Assembly: GCF_964204645.1 (NCBI RefSeq)
Contig: NC_134025.1
Span: 15,376,001 to 15,440,000, forward strand
Reading direction: 5' to 3'
DNA: 64,000 bases
From: Tubulanus polymorphus
Lineage: Eukaryota; Animalia; Nemertea
Below, in pieces: positions 59,511 through 64,000 of this stretch. The notes beneath the pieces are model-generated. The model did not search any database, was not told the DNA's origin, and worked only from the letters and a program-made list of their open reading frames with translations. Made by a program: the position numbers and the translations under genes. Numbering within the stretch: position 1 is the first letter of the stretch; each line of letters opens with the position of its first letter.

Positions 59511-62500
59511 CCAGTGTTCAGAAAGATTCTGTCAGAGGCGCAAATCTACGAAAGGGCGTACATGGCCATGTCTTCATTAATTGACCATGGATTGAAAACG
59601 ATTTGAGGCACTGATCTAATATTTTATAAAGTCGAGGATTCAGTCCTCGTCTGTACAATCTGGAATTTATGGGTCTAAAACTGTCAGATTAAGTGAAAAG
59701 TGACTTTTTGAAAATAACAAATTTTTCATGTGTTTTTCTCGAAAACTTCAAAATGCCGCGTTCACCCCTGGTCAATCCACCGACGAATTTCAATGTGAAA
59801 TATAATTGATCGAATTAGACTTAAACAGTTACTAAGTTCCTTTCCAGTTTCATTGACAATTCACCAGTGACAGACACTGTAAGGTTGAAAGAATCTTCTC
59901 CAGTTGGTATAATATGCTATTATTCTCAAAGGTATATCTGTCCTGGCTGTTCTCTTTCCAGTCTCGTTTTGTATGCTTCCCGCTGTCTCATCTAATATTA
60001 TTTTACTCTTTAGTAACGTATGCAGGCCCCTTTACCACACATGGCTGCAATTCACGGATTGTGACGTATTTATGCGCCACAACATTCCTCCAGCCCACGT
60101 ATGGAATGTAAGGGTACCTACACACGTCACAACAACCTAAAATAACTTTTGCACTCGTCGGAGCTCATGGCCGTACTAATTTAGGTTTTCCTACGTAGAC
60201 ACTTAGGTCATATGCACGGTCACTCCGAACCATCTTCGAAGGCCTACTTTCTTACCCACATCTTCGGGATGTCAAATAAAAATTTGAATTTAACTGCCAA
60301 AAATTATTCACCGCCAAATAATAAATCAACCGTATTTGAATTTCAACCGCTGCCACCGGTCGACATCTTGAAGGGTAAAGGCACTCCCGACCGTCCTCTG
60401 TGTTACGTCAGTGAACTAACATGAATCATAGGACGTGTCCCGCTGCTTTTAAATGCGATCAATAACAAACAAATCTAGATATCAATTGAATATTGGTTTA
60501 TTACTGAATTTTACGAACAATTCAAATCTGCGAACGTTACAATATTACGTCGATAGTCCAGTATACGGCAATACAGTCCGTGTATAGAGTTACAATGCAT
60601 TTTTGGTCATAAGAGCAATTGAACGTTGACAATCAACAGCTAGAGGAAACGATGAAAAGAGAGGTGACAACCATCAACCATAACTGAAGTATGACAATAT
60701 TTATCTGCCTTTCTGCTTTAAAAAAATTATTTTTCATTGTTTTTCATGAATCCAATCGAAAGGTTACAGATGATTTCAATGATATTGATGGCACATACGT
60801 ATCATATTTGAAATCTTTTAACCGCAGCTTTTGTTTCAGGTCAGTTCATCTTTGAAACCGCGTCCTCATATTTCTCTCTGAAGTTTTTACTTGAATAGGC
60901 CTACATGTCCCCATAAAATCAAACACTACTGACCAATCACTCTGTTCGGACAGATGATTCAAGCACAAATTTTGACGCCCAAACTTTTCGTATAAGATGC
61001 AGGCATGCAAACAGCCAACTTGTACATTTAAGGGAGAAATTTAGAATTGTAACTTTTTAAAATTAGGAATTCTCGGGGATAATTGGGCCCGTATTTAGGC
61101 CATTTTGGGACAATTTGATGGACCAAATTCCAAAATTATGAGATCTTTCAATACTAACGATTGGTACCGTATGTAGGTCTGATCAGGCCGGTCGGTTCAA
61201 ACCCTTGCTCATTGGCGAAGTTCTGCCATGATACCGGTCCTGATACCGGGAAATCTGAGCATCGATTTCAAAAGATGCACTCATATGGAAGACTTTTTCA
61301 TTCGTTTTCGTTCAAAATATACACTAGCTTCCAAACTTAGTCGACTTGAGGCCAAATTGTAGGAAAAAGAAGCCATATTTTTACCCCAAATGCTTAAGTT
61401 ATGAAATTGCTTCTCTTTTTTCATCTCATTTACAAAAACTTTATCGCAAATAATCCACGGACGCAACATTTGCGTGGGTACCTTACAAAAAGTCCCACAC
61501 TGAAGAAAAATATTCCACTTTCATGAAAATTGAACCCCAAAAAGACATGGCTGGCTACACTAAGAGGCTTACCTCTTGAGAAAAACATGTAGGACGTATC
61601 CGAAAATGTGTGGTAGCATGAAAAAGCTAAGGAAAAGCTTAATGATTGATTATTTATCATCTTTAATTGTCATTATTCTTATTGGGGATGTTTGCTGAAG
61701 GATGGAATGTTGAAATGCAATCATAAGTCAAACATGTCTGAGCACTCCCATTTTTTTCAATAGCCTGAAAGGGGGAACAAATAACAAGAAATAAGAATTG
61801 TCCCAATTACATCATTGTTTAAATGACCAGCTGCTATTTGAGATATGAAAATAAGATCAAGTGAGATAACTTTCTCTTTAGTAAATTGTTGATCCTTTGT
61901 ACTAATTAAGCGGCCCCAAAATTTTTCAATATGGTAATCATTTTTTCCAATGCACAGTTAAGCTCGATCACATTTCCCTCATAATCTCTAAAATTGTCTC
62001 AAAATCTGTTACTCTCCAGACACTGAAGTCCTTGGATCGTGCTGATGGCCGGTGTTTTGATAACCATAGTTTATACAATCCCCACAGAAAAATATAACAA
62101 GGAATGTGACCCGGTATTTCCAAATCACTGTCTCAAATGGTAGCTGGTCATTTAACAATAAATGTACCCAACGTAACAATCATTCTATAGTTCTTTCTTA
62201 CACCCAAAAAGATTAATTTGAATTAAAACTAATGAATAATCAATCTGAAAGCTTTTGGTAACACATTTTACGAGACACCCTATTCTGCACCCAGTTACTG
62301 GTTGTTACCCCTTGAGGTACAAAGGAGGTAAAACACCTGAAGCTGATATCCCTCCATACAAAAAGGCCCGCACCAATACACGAGGTAATGAAATTTCCCC
62401 TTGCCTTTTGATATGGAGGAGATCAACAAGACAGAATGGCTGTACTTCACTTCAGACATCAATCAGATAATACCATGTCCCTCGTAATCATCAGAGAGGA

Positions 62501-64000
62501 TGCGACCAGATGCGGTGTGGATGTTTCCGGAAAGTAAAAATTAGGATATGTTAGGAAAATTTGCAAAAAGGCTAACATTTTAGGGAAGCACTAAAATAGG
62601 AAGTTTAGGGCCGTTTGCGCATGCCTGGACGTCCTCGAAACATAAGAAAACTCGATTTCAGTCCATCCCATTGGTTATATGATCGCAGTATCAACAACAG
62701 TTTAATTGATACTGAGAGCTGTAAGTGGTCAAACTCACCATGAGCATTGCTGACTCACTGAACCCCAACTGCTTAATACTATAGTAATAGGCAAGCGTGA
62801 ATAAAGATAAAAACTTCTCGAAACTTACACTAAGAAAATGAAGAAATTAGCAGGGAAAATATAGCTTTGAAGTCTTGTTGCACTCAAGAGTGAATATTTT
62901 CCGAGGATACCAAAGTCAATGTTTACAGTAGAAAGTTTCAGAACTAATTTTCAAGTTGAAACATTATATTTGGACGGTGTTCAAGCAAAATAGCAGCACA
63001 AGTACGTACAACTCATTAGATAATAATCAAATCCACAAATAGTCATTTGTCAACATATTTGCGCATGTCTAGCTTTGTTAGTGCACATAATAACAAATTA
63101 ATCCACGAAAACTTGAATTCCATGCTTAAATACATTTTAAGTAATCGGTGTTCTATGAGAATATACGAGAAAAAAACTAAATCTAGAGGAATTAAGAGAA
63201 GTGAATGACCAGGATGGGAAAACTTTAGTATTATTCACTCTTGAATGAAGTAGTTGCCTGACTTGCAGGGTTGAGCACATAGAAACCACAGGGTTCCAGA
63301 TCTACGATGATATGAACTGTTTGATGCACCGCGATTATGACCACTGGGATAGACTTTAGTAAACACACGGATCCTTGCTGTTGTGCAGGGTGTCAACTGT
63401 CAGCCATCCTGTGCAGTCGTCACCTAACTGGTGTTTAGGGCGTTGGCCTAACTGGTGTTTACTGCCAACCGTCAAGGCATCACTTACGCTTTCATATTTT
63501 AGCTTGTGCATTAATACATTTCTAAGTTTCCCGATATATTCCAAAAATATCTCTATGCTCTATGCATTTGACTATAATGCCATACATCGAACTTTGTCTA
63601 AGTTTTACAAATATAATTCTGACAGACAAGTGTATATTATAATGAATGTCATCCTATCGACATATTTCGTCATCATAGCATGTACCAGGTAATTTTAATG
63701 GTTCATAAAAGGAAATAAATTGAAATTGTAAGCGTTCATAATAGATAAATGATCTCTTAATTAAATATTACTAGAGTACGGATTAGTCGGATACGCTTAA
63801 ATCAGATGTACGCATATGTCGGTCAATTTCTGAAGTCCCGGTCTATTTGGAATAAGATAACACAATGCACAATTAAGTTTGATATCATAAGTCGGAATCG
63901 GACAAAATATCTCGGTTTCCTTCAGATGCAGATGAGTAGGCAGTAATACACGTGTGTTTGACATCTTAGCAGGCATATTCCCAAGCGACACCACTTTACA

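Noticed and set aside
59600-64000. Host gene exons among the short ORFs
   Set aside because: No recognisable domains or consistent splice pattern. Small exons cannot be excluded without transcript data.

Overview
AT-rich animal (probably invertebrate) genomic DNA made almost entirely of nested, mostly decayed mobile elements; I cannot support any host gene. The core (9.8-48.8 kb) is a cluster of four related Polinton/Maverick-like endogenous viruses, labelled A-D. A (9778-29326) is near complete, with pPolB, integrase, A32-type ATPase, major and minor capsid proteins and an HNH gene. B (38656-48834) is rearranged. C (34589-38567) and D (30768-31331) are terminal fragments. Around and inside them are two CR1/L2-type LINEs plus a remnant, a Helentron-like insert, a PIF/Harbinger element and MITE, a solo LTR, a Gypsy 3' end and small palindromic MITEs. 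Three features of the viral family stand out: (1) almost every gene starts at a T-tract plus TAAATG, the poxvirus late-promoter pattern, and no protease gene is visible; (2) both ends of element A are self-complementary fold-backs; (3) a 27-bp palindromic unit is inserted in frame in several unrelated viral genes with presence/absence differences between copies. Everything was read by eye, so boundaries may be off by a few bases, and family names come from motif recognition, not database searches.
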